Positions 50,261 through 60,904 of a DNA stretch of 64,000 nt are shown here, piece after piece; the stretch's first letter is position 1, and every line of letters starts with the position of its first letter. The position numbers were made by a program, and so were the translations under genes. The DNA lies in the NCBI GenBank assembly GCA_051874735.1, contig JBJEGD010000031.1, positions 98,681-162,680 on the forward strand, read 5' to 3'. Under the pieces are notes generated by a model that saw nothing but the letters and a program-made list of their open reading frames with translations, was not told the DNA's origin and did no database searches. Origin of the DNA: Candidatus Bruticola sp. (GTDB lineage: Bacteria > Vulcanimicrobiota > Xenobia > Xenobiales > Xenobiaceae).

Positions 50261-53200
50261 TTAAAAACAGTTGCTGCGGAATGATTCAGCCAAGGAAGAA
50301 CTCATAATCCAATGGACGTCACGCCATTCAGCTAACACTTCGCCTTTGTTATCGGTGAGGAATATATCTCCGCGCATTTCATTAGTATCTGCTTCCTTGG
50401 GATAGAGAAGAATATGGGCCTTCTCAGGAAACTTATCTACATATTGACGATAGCTGCCACCGAACATAGGCAAAGAACACAGACCGCGCTGAGCGCCGCT
50501 CCATAACAGTCCACTTTGTAAAGCACAGTCGAGGAACAGCGGATGAGTAATAGGAGTCTCTTGGGGATGATTCATTAATTTGACGCCGCTGTCAGTCACA
50601 TCGGCAGCTAAAACATGCTGTCCGCAAGCCCTAACTTTATCTATGCCGCGCAGTTTGGGACCATGGAAAAGATATTTATTATAAGCTTCTGGCATAGTGC
50701 AAGGATAGCCGTTTTCTTCGATTGGGTTAAGACGGCTGCTTGGTTTATGAGGTAGGCCAGGCTTCAGAGCCAGTACAACTGTACCCTCTGCGCATTTGTG
50801 GGGAGTTGAATTTGGCTTGCGATGATTTATCACAAAGGAAACGCGCAGTTCATCTCTTATTGGCTCTGCTCGTCTAATAACTATATCGATTTCTGAATCG
50901 GCAATATGCTTATCTGGCTGGCCTTGCTCTCGTCCTAATGGTAAAGTAACAGGTCTCAGTACTCTGAGGTTGTCACAGCCCAAAAAGCGGTACTGAGGAA
51001 AATACTTGCGGCAAGCTTGAGCCGCCAGTTCCACCATTAAAGCGGCTGGCATAACAGAGTGACCGCCTAAAATATGATCCTCTAAAAGAGGATAATATTC
51101 TGAATTGAGAGTGCGGTTGTAAGGATCGCAACGATCAATTCCAGAACAATCATCATATGGTGCGGCGGTTTCGTCCGAAGATGCGCGATTGGGAAGCCGG
51201 ACGGGCTTTGGGCCCGTCAGCGCAAAAGGGCGCTGAGAATCGTCTCCTTTCTCTTCCTCGTTACTGTCTAGTCCCAATGATTTAGCTAAGCGGCTCACTT
51301 CCTCTGCAGGCTGCTTTTCTTGATTTTCACTAGAATTGTCTTCGCTAGGTACGTTGAAACCATCTCCCATGACGAGCTCGCAGGCCTGATCGTGACCTAA
51401 CAAAACTTCTGCCGTTAAAGCGCGTGCTCCGCGTCCTCGTTCTATAACTTCAACGCCCAATTGCTCAAATTTGCGTTTAAGACTTTCATCTACCATACCG
51501 CCTTCCCACGGTCCCCAGCCCATGGCTTCAAAACGGGTTTGAGGATAGAGAGCACTGGCTGTATAAGTAAATTTGTTCATTACTTCATTAGCCATAGCGT
51601 AATCTGCTTGACCAGGGCGGCCGAACCGCGCAGAAACAGAGGAAAAAGTAACCACAAACTGCAGCGGGTCATCTTGTAAGGCTTGCATAAAGTTATAAAG
51701 GCCGTTTACTTTAGTGTCGAAGACCATACTAAATTGGTCATCAGTTTTATCACATATGTATCTATCGGCCAAAACGCCGGCTCCGTGTATAAAGCCTGTG
51801 ATGGGGCCTAAGCGCTTGCGAATATCAGCGACAATTTGATTAATTAAGCTGTCATCGCGCACATCAAGGGAAATATACTCCGCCTGTGAGCCGCAGGCTC
51901 GGATATCGTTGATGTTTTGGGAAATCTCCCGATTAACTAAAATGCGGCGACATTCACTCTCTAGAAGCTTAGGAGAGATACTCTTACCGCTCTGTTTAGC
52001 CTGTTGGTAAAGTAAAGCTTTTAAATCGCGGGCCGTTTGGGCTGATTTAGTTTGAGTCCATTCAGGTACAGGAATAGGGGATCTGCCTATTAAAACAAAG
52101 TTGAACTTACCATGTTTAGCTAAAAGTTTAGCACAATCGGCGGTTACGCCTCTAGCTCCGCCCGTTACTATAATTGTCGAACCTAGCTTAGGTAAATTCT
52201 CCCCGTTAAAGCCAAGTTTCTCTTCACGCAATACTGGAATGCGGCGTACGCCACGTCGATCTATGCCTATTTCGTTACTGCCATCAATTAGCAATTCCGC
52301 AATAATCTCAGCTGCTATACGATCGGGATTGTCATCGACGCAAAAATCGAAAGAGCGGCTGCGCAGATTCGGATATTCTTGAGCTACTACTTTGGCTAAT
52401 CCGTGCAGTCCAGCTTCAATAGGATTGCTGGCTTCATCAAAAGTTCCGAAGCGTCCGTCCATGCGGGTGACTGTTAAAAACAGGCCAGGAACCTGATTTA
52501 TCTGTTTCCAAATTTGGCACTGCTGGCGTACCAGCTTGAAGCAGTCTTTGAGGGCTTCTTCTGCTGCACTGCGCTTAAAGAAAAAGTCGCCTACTTCATA
52601 GAGGGGGAAGCTAGGCATAATTACTATTAAACCAGCGAAGTGGTTAGCCATACTTAAATGCTGGTCGGTTAGAGGTTGATCTTTACTTATAAGGCAAGCT
52701 TGCAAACCGAGCTGCTCCATGGCGGAACAGAGAGCCGGAGCAATATAACCGTCATCAGTGATGACATAAAGCCCTTGAGCGTCAATATCAACAGTTTTGT
52801 TAGGTGCCGGCGATTCTTCATAGTAAAGTTTACGCCGTTTGAGCATTTGGCCATTAGGAGCCAAAGCTTCGGCCAAAGCTTCGGCAGTGTTTTTAACTGC
52901 TGAATTTGAGGGCGGATTTTCATCATTAGCCGCTGCAGCGGCTGCGGCGGACGAGTGGTCTTCAGCCACTTGTTCCGCGGCAGCCGGATGGTCGCCTTCA
53001 GTCTGATTACTGCTGCTATTTAAAGCAGCAGAAGTTTCTTTAGGAACCTGTTCCGCAGCTAATGGTAAATTAGACTCAGAACTAGCTTCATTTATGGCCT
53101 CGGTTCCTTTATCGTTATTTTTTTTTTCTTTCCCGCCGTTTGTTGGCTGGGGGCCATTTTCCGGAGGGGTAGGATGATTATTAGGGCTCAGACGGTTGAG

Positions 53201-56200
53201 AATATCGCGCACTGTGTGCAGAGAGCCTATCTCATCGGGCCCTATAGCTGAAGCCGCCGGAATGATCTTTTGGACAGCAGCTAAGATTTCGACCCTTTTT
53301 ATAGAGTCGATACCTAAATCGTTTTCCAAATCCATATCCAGATTTAGCGTTTCTAATGGATAGCCAGTCATATCGGCTACAACCTTCAGTACGGTATCTT
53401 CATTGCTAAATGCTGAGTCGGCAGCTATTTTAGCAACAGTAACCTCTGAAGTTACCTGAGAGTTATTACCCAAACGGTTGATAATATCGCGCAGAGTGTG
53501 TAAAGAACCGATTTCCTCAGGACTGATGGTAGCAGCTGAAGGCAGAGATTTCTGGACAGTAGCCAGAATTTCTACCCTTTTAATAGAGTCGATGCCCAAG
53601 TCGCTCTCTAGATCCATATCGGTATTTAGTGTCTCTACCGGATAGCCAGTCATATCAGATACAATCTTAATGATAACTTCTTCCGCAGGAACAGACTTGG
53701 CGCCATTTTGTTCTTGGATAGCGTCATTCGGCTGAGCACCTGTTGTTTTGTTAGAAGTGAGTCTATCTAAAATTTGACGCAAAGTGTGCAGAGAACCGAT
53801 TTCGTCTGGGCTGATGGCTGTTGTGCCGGACAGCTGTTTTTGGATGGCAGCTAGAATTTCTACTCTTTTAATCGAGTCGATACCCAAGTCATTTTCCAAA
53901 TCCATATCGAGGTTTAAAGTTTCAACAGGATAACCTGTCGTTTCAGCCACTACACTCAGAAGTAGATTTTCGGGATCTTGAACTTTAGCGTCATTCTGAG
54001 CAGAAGCCTCGGCGATAACCTTCTTTTCGGAAACACTGCTCTGGGAAGCGTTTTCGGCAAGGCTGTTAGATTTTAAATTATTCAGCTTATCGGCAATTTG
54101 GCGAAGAGTTTGCAAAGAGCCTATTTCATCGGGAGCTATAACTTTAGCTTGAGGGAATCTTTTCTGTACGGCTGCTATAATTTCAACCCGTTTAATAGAG
54201 TCAATGCCCAGATCGGTCTCTAAATTCATGTCTAAGTTGATCATATCCGCCGGATAACCGGTCATTTCGGCTACTGTGCCGATAATAGCGGCAGTCAAAT
54301 CGCCTGCCTGCTCAGTCTGGGGGGCGGCAGGCATTTTCAATTTCATTTCAGTTACAGCAGTAGCTGGAGCTTCTGCGTTTACTTCTGAAATAGGTTTAGC
54401 TAAAGGCTTGGCTGCTGAAAAGGCAGACATAGCTGAAGATATAGGCACTGAAACTAAGGGCTCAGGCTCAGCAGGGGGTTGGAAATAGGGACGATGCTCC
54501 GCCAAAGGAATGCTGGCCGTCTGGACAGTAGCCAAGTTAGAAACGGTTGTTAAATTGGCGCTATCTTGGCTGAAAGGTTGTGAACACACCTTACTGATAG
54601 GTTCTGCTCCTAAGCTTAATTGCGCTAAAGTTTGCTGAGAGGCAATAATACTCTGCAGAGTCTGTTGAATCTGCACTTGACTATCTAAAAAGCGCAAATG
54701 AGCATTGGCTGTTTGCTGTTGCAGAGTTTGCATAGCTTCCAGGCCAATTTGTATGGTGCGAAAAGCCTGACTCAGCATAGAACTATCAGTTTTTAAAGTC
54801 GTGCTAGTACCAAAAGAGCTGAGATGAGTATTTTGAACGGCAGCTGCTTTTAGGTCTGTCGCCGAAGCTGGAGAAGTGTAACTTTGCGATGTAGGCTCAG
54901 TTAAAGGAGAGGATACGAATATAGGTTGGGGCTGAGACGCGTAGGAAGATTGAACCGGTTTAGTAACTTCATCGGTTGTTGATGGCGTACAGCGAGGGGC
55001 GGCCTGAACTGCGGACAATCCCGGGGTGGAGACTTCCTTGGGGGTAGGAGCCTCTTTATCAATGTGAATGTCGTCAGGCTTTTGGGCAGCCGGAACTGAA
55101 TCAAAAGCGACTTCTCCCAATTCTACAGGAGCAGACGGATTGACCACTGGATTATCGCTGATAAATTTGAGGGGCTGATAGCCTTCCACCGGTTGAATGG
55201 GATCACAGCTAGGAGCTGGAGCATGTTTGCCAGGAGTACGGTAGTTAGCTCCGCAGATAGGCACAATCATGCGTTTATGGCGTGGTTCGCTGATATTTTC
55301 TTCCCATTTAGCAAGATCTACTGGGTAGCCTAAAGCGGACAGTTGGGCTAAAACTTGGGCTAAGCAGACTAACTCTCCGCCTCCGCGGCGTCCGTCGGTA
55401 GCGAGCATGTAGTGAGCTTTACTTCCCAAAATCTTTTTTACTAAACCGGTTAAAACCGTTTTCGGTCCGACTTCAATAAAAGTGCGGAAGCCATCAGCGT
55501 ACATGTTTTCAATAATATCAATGAAACGCACCGAGCTGACCAACTGTTCTCCCAGAGTCCGGCGGAGCTGTTCAATATCGTCTGTATAAACTTTACCAGT
55601 GACATCAGCATAGACTGGAATCTTAGGAGCTTGCAGTTTAATTTTGCTCAAAGCCTCGCAGAAAGGCTCTTTGGCAGTAGCCATAAGAGAACTATGGAAA
55701 GCGGCCGATACTTGAAGACGCTTAGCAGTAATGCGGCGCGATTTACAAATTTCTTCTGCCTGGCTGACGGCTTCTTTAGAGCCGGAGATAACACCCTGAG
55801 AGGGATGATTGCGGTTAGCCAGTACCAGATCTCCACCAACTTCTTGTACTATTTCTTCAATGGTTGAAAGAGGAGCGGAAACTGCTGACATAGCGCCACG
55901 TCCTCCGTCTCCCTTAGCCATAAGGGAACCGCGCAGAGCTGAGAGGGCGAAGAGATCCGATTGAGTGTAAACACCGGCTTGTTGAAGGGCTACCAGCTCT
56001 CCGTAAGAGTGGCCGGCCATAGCTTGAGGTAACACTCCAAAGCCGCGCAGAATAGAGGCTGCTGCTGATTCGGCAGCTCCTAAGCAAGGCTGGGCTGCGC
56101 GGGTATCAGTGATAGCCTTAGTCTGGGCTGTCTCTTCTCCTTCAGCAAAAGTTTTTATGGGGAAGATAAGCTGAGCTGGATCCTGGCTATCCTCCAAAGT

Positions 56201-58021
56201 GTTATGAGCTGTTTCTAAAGCCGCCAACGCTTCAGGGAAAATACTGAAAAATTCGCGATCCATACCGACATACTGGCTGCCTTGACCGGGGAAGAGGAAG
56301 GCTATTTTGCCAGGTTCAGAAGAGGCGTCGCCGTAGAAAGAACCACTGGGAAGCGAGCCAGACGCATCTTTATTTTGCTCCAAAGCCTCGGCTAATTCGT
56401 TAAGTTTAGACGAGTAATCATTAGGTCCACAGACCAGTAGGGTACGAACCGCTGCATCTGCCCGGAAATTACGGCGCGACAAATTGGCCTTATAGGCGGC
56501 TTCATAAAATTCGCAAGCGGCGGCGCTGCGGATATCAGCAATTAAAGAACTGCGCTCTGCAGAACTAAAAGCCCAAATCTGCACAGAACCGTCCCAGGCT
56601 GGAACGGTGCGCTGCCGATTGTATTCTTCTAAAACAACGTGGAAATTGCTGCCTCCAAAGCCAAAAGACGAGACGCCGCTGCGTCTGACTTCACCTTTCT
56701 TGACAACCCAAGGTTTAGTTTGAGTGCTTATATAGAAAGGAGTCTCTTCCAGACCTAATTTAGGATTGGGACGGCTAACGTGTAAAGTCGGCAGAATAAC
56801 TTTGTGGAAAAGAGATAAGCTGGCTTTGCAGAGACTGGCGGCTCCAGCCGAAGCTTTAGTATGACCAATTTGTGATTTGACAGTACCTAAGGCGCAGCTG
56901 CTCTTTTTATCTACGTTTTTAAAAACGCTCTTCAAAGCGTTAAATTCCACGACATCGCCTACTTTTGTACCGGTGCCGTGAGCCTCAATTAGACCTATGT
57001 CAGCGGGGGTAATTCCCGCTTCTTTATAGGCTCTTTCTAAAGCTAAACTTTGACCAGGAGCACTGGGAGCGTAAATAGCTCCGGAATTTCCGTCTGAAGA
57101 AGCCCCCAGTCCTTTTATGACTGCATAAATTCGATCTCCGTCGCGTTCGGCGTCAGCTAAACGCTTAAGTACTAAAACACCTATGCCTTCTCCTAAAAGA
57201 GTACCGTCGCAATCTTCGGAAAAAGGAGCTATATGTCCGGAGTCAGACAGAGCTGGAGTCTTGCTGAAGCAAGTGAACATAAATACATCATTGAAGGTAT
57301 CTGTGCCGCCAGTTAGCACCATATCGGCATTACCTGAGCGAAGTTCAGAGAGAGCCAGATGGACCGCTGCCAGAGAACTAGCACAGGCTGCATCGACGGC
57401 GCAGTTAGCTCCGTGTAAGTCAAGGCGATTAGCTATGCGCCCTGCTACTACGTTGCCCAGCAAGCCTGGAAATGAATTTTCCTGCCAAGATACATAAGAA
57501 TCAGCAATACTGGCAACTACTTTTTCAGCTGTAGCTTTATCAACTCCGGCTTCAGCTAAAGCCTTGCGCCAGCGAGGATGGCCTAAGCGAGCTCCCAGAG
57601 GAATAACCATTTCCAAGGCGCCCGTTACGCCTAAAATAACGCTGGTCGTATCCTTAGGAACGGCTTTGCCCCCCTGACCGTAACCAGCATCTTCCAAAGC
57701 GGCCTTGGCGCCAGCTAAACCGAGAAGTTGAGAAGTATCTGTAGCTTCTAAAACATTGGGCGGAATGTTAAATTCTGTGGGATCGAAGGGGTAAGGTTCC
57801 AAGAATCCGCCTACTTTGGCGTAACAGCGATCGGGACTGTTGTGATCGCCGTCGTACAAATCGTTTACCGACCAATGAGTAGCAGGAACCGGGCCTATAC
57901 AATCAGTTCCGGTGCGCAAAATACGCCAAAAACTCTGGCGGCTGTCGGCTTTAGGAAAAAGGCACCCCATGCCGATAATAGCAATGGGCAGATTATGATT
58001 ATTCTTGTAATTAGAAGACAC
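50261..58021 (-). CDS. pfaA: PUFA synthase subunit PfaA (Pfa2-like): KS-MAT-4xACP-KR-DH
   Basis: KS DAACASS/HGTGT/GHTK; MAT GHSYG and SAAFHS; four LGIDSIKRVEI ACPs; KR GGARGVT and YAMAN; DH HILGGHSVMP. Start reassigned to GTG 58021 (RBS CAGGAG, TAGTG overlap with the pfaD stop). Confidence 0.92.
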   Translation of the reverse strand: MSSNYKNNHNLPIAIIGMGCLFPKADSRQSFWRILRTGTDCIGPVPATHWSVNDLYDGDHNSPDRCYAKVGGFLEPYPFDPTEFNIPPNVLEATDTSQLLGLAGAKAALEDAGYGQGGKAVPKDTTSVILGVTGALEMVIPLGARLGHPRWRKALAEAGVDKATAEKVVASIADSYVSWQENSFPGLLGNVVAGRIANRLDLHGANCAVDAACASSLAAVHLALSELRSGNADMVLTGGTDTFNDVFMFTCFSKTPALSDSGHIAPFSEDCDGTLLGEGIGVLVLKRLADAERDGDRIYAVIKGLGASSDGNSGAIYAPSAPGQSLALERAYKEAGITPADIGLIEAHGTGTKVGDVVEFNALKSVFKNVDKKSSCALGTVKSQIGHTKASAGAASLCKASLSLFHKVILPTLHVSRPNPKLGLEETPFYISTQTKPWVVKKGEVRRSGVSSFGFGGSNFHVVLEEYNRQRTVPAWDGSVQIWAFSSAERSSLIADIRSAAACEFYEAAYKANLSRRNFRADAAVRTLLVCGPNDYSSKLNELAEALEQNKDASGSLPSGSFYGDASSEPGKIAFLFPGQGSQYVGMDREFFSIFPEALAALETAHNTLEDSQDPAQLIFPIKTFAEGEETAQTKAITDTRAAQPCLGAAESAAASILRGFGVLPQAMAGHSYGELVALQQAGVYTQSDLFALSALRGSLMAKGDGGRGAMSAVSAPLSTIEEIVQEVGGDLVLANRNHPSQGVISGSKEAVSQAEEICKSRRITAKRLQVSAAFHSSLMATAKEPFCEALSKIKLQAPKIPVYADVTGKVYTDDIEQLRRTLGEQLVSSVRFIDIIENMYADGFRTFIEVGPKTVLTGLVKKILGSKAHYMLATDGRRGGGELVCLAQVLAQLSALGYPVDLAKWEENISEPRHKRMIVPICGANYRTPGKHAPAPSCDPIQPVEGYQPLKFISDNPVVNPSAPVELGEVAFDSVPAAQKPDDIHIDKEAPTPKEVSTPGLSAVQAAPRCTPSTTDEVTKPVQSSYASQPQPIFVSSPLTEPTSQSYTSPASATDLKAAAVQNTHLSSFGTSTTLKTDSSMLSQAFRTIQIGLEAMQTLQQQTANAHLRFLDSQVQIQQTLQSIIASQQTLAQLSLGAEPISKVCSQPFSQDSANLTTVSNLATVQTASIPLAEHRPYFQPPAEPEPLVSVPISSAMSAFSAAKPLAKPISEVNAEAPATAVTEMKLKMPAAPQTEQAGDLTAAIIGTVAEMTGYPADMINLDMNLETDLGIDSIKRVEIIAAVQKRFPQAKVIAPDEIGSLQTLRQIADKLNNLKSNSLAENASQSSVSEKKVIAEASAQNDAKVQDPENLLLSVVAETTGYPVETLNLDMDLENDLGIDSIKRVEILAAIQKQLSGTTAISPDEIGSLHTLRQILDRLTSNKTTGAQPNDAIQEQNGAKSVPAEEVIIKIVSDMTGYPVETLNTDMDLESDLGIDSIKRVEILATVQKSLPSAATISPEEIGSLHTLRDIINRLGNNSQVTSEVTVAKIAADSAFSNEDTVLKVVADMTGYPLETLNLDMDLENDLGIDSIKRVEILAAVQKIIPAASAIGPDEIGSLHTVRDILNRLSPNNHPTPPENGPQPTNGGKEKKNNDKGTEAINEASSESNLPLAAEQVPKETSAALNSSSNQTEGDHPAAAEQVAEDHSSAAAAAAANDENPPSNSAVKNTAEALAEALAPNGQMLKRRKLYYEESPAPNKTVDIDAQGLYVITDDGYIAPALCSAMEQLGLQACLISKDQPLTDQHLSMANHFAGLIVIMPSFPLYEVGDFFFKRSAAEEALKDCFKLVRQQCQIWKQINQVPGLFLTVTRMDGRFGTFDEASNPIEAGLHGLAKVVAQEYPNLRSRSFDFCVDDNPDRIAAEIIAELLIDGSNEIGIDRRGVRRIPVLREEKLGFNGENLPKLGSTIIVTGGARGVTADCAKLLAKHGKFNFVLIGRSPIPVPEWTQTKSAQTARDLKALLYQQAKQSGKSISPKLLESECRRILVNREISQNINDIRACGSQAEYISLDVRDDSLINQIVADIRKRLGPITGFIHGAGVLADRYICDKTDDQFSMVFDTKVNGLYNFMQALQDDPLQFVVTFSSVSARFGRPGQADYAMANEVMNKFTYTASALYPQTRFEAMGWGPWEGGMVDESLKRKFEQLGVEVIERGRGARALTAEVLLGHDQACELVMGDGFNVPSEDNSSENQEKQPAEEVSRLAKSLGLDSNEEEKGDDSQRPFALTGPKPVRLPNRASSDETAAPYDDCSGIDRCDPYNRTLNSEYYPLLEDHILGGHSVMPAALMVELAAQACRKYFPQYRFLGCDNLRVLRPVTLPLGREQGQPDKHIADSEIDIVIRRAEPIRDELRVSFVINHRKPNSTPHKCAEGTVVLALKPGLPHKPSSRLNPIEENGYPCTMPEAYNKYLFHGPKLRGIDKVRACGQHVLAADVTDSGVKLMNHPQETPITHPLFLDCALQSGLLWSGAQRGLCSLPMFGGSYRQYVDKFPEKAHILLYPKEADTNEMRGDIFLTDNKGEVLAEWRDVHWIMSSSLAESFRSNCF
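53190..54300 (-). repeat. Four tandem ACP-coding repeats within pfaA (approximate bounds)
   Basis: Four copies of TGYP...DM.LE.DLGIDSIKRVEI.A..QK...I.P.EIGSL.T.R. Confidence 0.9.
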
Positions 58022-59670
58022 TATAACGACTCCTGTAACAGCGAGGCTAATTCTTGGATAGGAAGGGGAGCAAAACGCTTCCACTGGGCTGGGAGCTCGA
58101 CTCCCTGATTGCAAAGAAGCGAGGTTCTGGTCAGGATGCAAGCCCCAGTCATAATATTAAGTGCTGCCAAATCTGCGTGGCGCTCTTTTACGTTTTCCAT
58201 AAATGTTCCTTTGCACCACTCATTAAAGCTGCCCATAGATGGACCGCACCAGATTTGGTAATCGGCTCGGCGATCGGGAAGACCGGCATTGGCCCAGCGT
58301 GAAGCTTGCCCCAAGTATGATCTAAAAACTAACGCCATCTTGTGCTTAGGGTCTAGTTCTGCTTTAGTAATTTGCCGCGGGTCTCGTTTAGCAAAGAAAG
58401 CTTTCGTATTTTGCCAAGCTTCTTCAAAGCTGGAGCGCAGCATAGTCTTTTCTATTTGCTCCCTAGTTGAAGGCGGCACTTCGCTAAATGAATTGTAAGT
58501 GCGGTAAACTTCATAGAGACGTTTCGCCCTTACTGGGAACATCGTTCCCCATTTGAGCACTTGGACATTTACACCCATTTCGAACATGTCGGCAGCTGGG
58601 GCCATAGTGACATCGGCCGGAGAGGCCTTAGCCAGCATCTCCCGTACTACCTGACTGGAACCAGATTCCTGACAGGCCTGATTTATAGAACCAGTCATTA
58701 CGTAGGCTGCTCCCATAGCAAAAGCGGCGGCTGCCGCCTGAGGAGAGGCAATACCCCCGGCTGCGCCTACTGGCACTTGCCATCCCCATTTTTCTTGCAT
58801 TCTGTCTCGTAAATCGAGCATAGATGGAAGTAGTCCGAAAGCGGGACGATTATCTGTGTGTCCTCCGCTGTCAGCCTCAGCAGTTATAGCTGAGGCGGGG
58901 GGCAGCAGATAGGCTGCGGCTGCTTCTTCTTGGGTCAGCAGTCCCTGATCAGCTAAAGCAGAAATCATTTCTTGAGGTGGAGGAGCCAGCAGTTTCGCGG
59001 CTACTTCTAAGCGTGATACTTTTGCAAAAACATGATGCGGAGCGCTGATTGTGCCGTCGGGCAAACGCTTTATCCCGCTGTATCGGTAATGAAGCAGCGC
59101 CGGAGTTAAGCCTAAAAAGGCTGAAGCTTCAATACAACTGACTTTATTGTCTATAAAAAGCTGAGCAGTTTCTTTTTCCAGTTGCTGATCAGAAGGACTG
59201 TGAATTAAATTGAAACCATGCGGCAGAGAGCCAAGTTTTTGTTTGAGAGAATGAATGTGAGCTTCTGCTTCTTTTAAACTGAGTCCGGCAGAGCCGAAAA
59301 AGCCCATCATGCCAGCTTTAGCCATAGCTTCAACTAAATTCTCGGAGGCTATGCCGTTAGCCATAGAACCACTTAGACAGGCATAGCGCAGTGAATAAGT
59401 GCGGCGGAATGATTCTTGGCCCAGTTCACTGGGAGGCAGTGCTGGAGCTAAGGCTAATAAAGGCAGGCTTCCTGCGGCAAATGAAGCAGGAAACTGGCAT
59501 ATCCCGTCTTCGAAGAGGGTAAAGGGCAGTTCTTGATCTTTCCATATCGAAGGGGAGGCAACTGCGAAAACAGGTTGTTTCAAATTGCGCAGCACAGCAA
59601 CTGGGTCTGGGCGTTTGGCAGTCGTCTGGGGAGTCCAGCTGCCCGTAACTTTTATGCAGGAATTTGCCAT
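58021..59670 (-). CDS. pfaD: PUFA synthase enoyl reductase PfaD (FabK-like)
   Basis: GSMANGIAS, NLIHSP, EASAF, AKVSRLEVA, EADSGGHTDNRP, MAPAADMFEMGV.VQVLK, DYQIWCGPSMG. Confidence 0.95.
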   Translation of the reverse strand: MANSCIKVTGSWTPQTTAKRPDPVAVLRNLKQPVFAVASPSIWKDQELPFTLFEDGICQFPASFAAGSLPLLALAPALPPSELGQESFRRTYSLRYACLSGSMANGIASENLVEAMAKAGMMGFFGSAGLSLKEAEAHIHSLKQKLGSLPHGFNLIHSPSDQQLEKETAQLFIDNKVSCIEASAFLGLTPALLHYRYSGIKRLPDGTISAPHHVFAKVSRLEVAAKLLAPPPQEMISALADQGLLTQEEAAAAYLLPPASAITAEADSGGHTDNRPAFGLLPSMLDLRDRMQEKWGWQVPVGAAGGIASPQAAAAAFAMGAAYVMTGSINQACQESGSSQVVREMLAKASPADVTMAPAADMFEMGVNVQVLKWGTMFPVRAKRLYEVYRTYNSFSEVPPSTREQIEKTMLRSSFEEAWQNTKAFFAKRDPRQITKAELDPKHKMALVFRSYLGQASRWANAGLPDRRADYQIWCGPSMGSFNEWCKGTFMENVKERHADLAALNIMTGACILTRTSLLCNQGVELPAQWKRFAPLPIQELASLLQESL

Positions 59671-59965
59671 ATTAATATATTTTATGTCCTTTTATCCGCT
59701 CTAAACAAAATGCGGTGGAAATTGTTCTTTAAACAACCGTATTTGGCTGTGATCTTAACTTAAGAACAGCTTTGCAATTTCTCTGATTCTCAGATAAAGC
59801 CACGGCTTTTCCATTCTTAGTCCATATAATTTACTTAAGTTTTGCCCTACTGTCAAATATCTATTAATATTGGAATTAGTCTGTATCTTGCGCTGTCTTA
59901 GAGGATAGTAAAGCCGATCTGGTTGGGAGCAGGAATCATCCCTGATTAAGTGCAAAAATACCACC

Positions 59966-60811
59966 ATGATCAACCGAGACATTTTAGCCAAATTTTTTAG
60001 ATATTACGTTGTGGCTTATCGCCTGGAACATGATATCGACTGGGCAAAAGCCGATGCTTCTTTTTGGAGCTACGAACTAGCTGTGCAGTCAGGCAGCTCT
60101 TCCAAGATTCCCATTTTGCGCAAAGTCTTTAAAGGCAAGAATCTTGTGGCAGATGAAAAAGAAGGTAGCGTTATTTGCAAGGCTCCTTTCTGCCCAATAG
60201 AAAGTCTGCCTTCGTTCGACGAGATGCTGAGCAGCTTAGAAAATAAGGCCAAGGATCTTAATGGTTCCAAATTCCAAATTCAGCTGCTCATTTCCCACAA
60301 AGACGACGAACTTAAAGAAGATTTCGATAGGGAAATGCAGTGGCAGTGGCTTGTTTCTTCTCCCCGCATCTGCGAGTTGTTTATCTTGGGAGAAATAAAA
60401 GATAATTCTGTCTGCTTTGAATCATGCTTCCACTCCTGCTATCAATCTGATCACAACCGCGATATAAGCGAAGATATTTCCGTGATGATTGCTCAGTGGG
60501 AAAAAGTCTATAAAGAAGTCGCTTCAGCTTACGTGGCTCCTACTGATGAAAAAGCCATTATGTCGGTTCTTAAGAAAGAAAATTGGGGAGCCAGCAGCAG
60601 CGAGCATACTTATCCCTGCGAAAGTCAGGAAGAAGCTGATGAAATTTTTGACACTTGCCATAAACTTGGCGTTTTTGAGAGTCGTGGACTTTCAAAAGAA
60701 CGTCATCTTTTGCGTAGCAAGCTTGGACTTATAGAAATGGTCGATTTGGTCTACAGTCGCAGGTATGCCAGAGCTTATCAGCTTTTCGGTTGTGAAGTTT
60801 TGCCTGAATAA
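59966..60811 (+). CDS. Hypothetical protein
   Basis: 281-aa ORF divergent from pfaD; no motif recognised. Confidence 0.6.
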   Translation: MINRDILAKFFRYYVVAYRLEHDIDWAKADASFWSYELAVQSGSSSKIPILRKVFKGKNLVADEKEGSVICKAPFCPIESLPSFDEMLSSLENKAKDLNGSKFQIQLLISHKDDELKEDFDREMQWQWLVSSPRICELFILGEIKDNSVCFESCFHSCYQSDHNRDISEDISVMIAQWEKVYKEVASAYVAPTDEKAIMSVLKKENWGASSSEHTYPCESQEEADEIFDTCHKLGVFESRGLSKERHLLRSKLGLIEMVDLVYSRRYARAYQLFGCEVLPE

Positions 60812-60904
60812 ATTGAGTAGATACTGTTTCGTTGTGTGTAGGGCGGCGCAGATATAACTGAACCGCCTGAACTGTTTTTTCGCAGATGGTGAAGGCGGTA
60901 AGCT

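Noticed and set aside
42729-58141. Modular type I PKS or heterocyst-glycolipid synthase interpretation
   Set aside because: Tandem LGIDSIKRVEI ACPs, a KS-CLF pair, FabA-type DHs and PfaD fit an iterative Pfa synthase; no thioesterase or terminal reductase is seen. The exact product remains open.
43506-59991. Many short antisense or alternative-frame ORFs across the pfa genes, and 59755-59991(-)
   Set aside because: Shadows of long coding sequences with no motifs or RBS.
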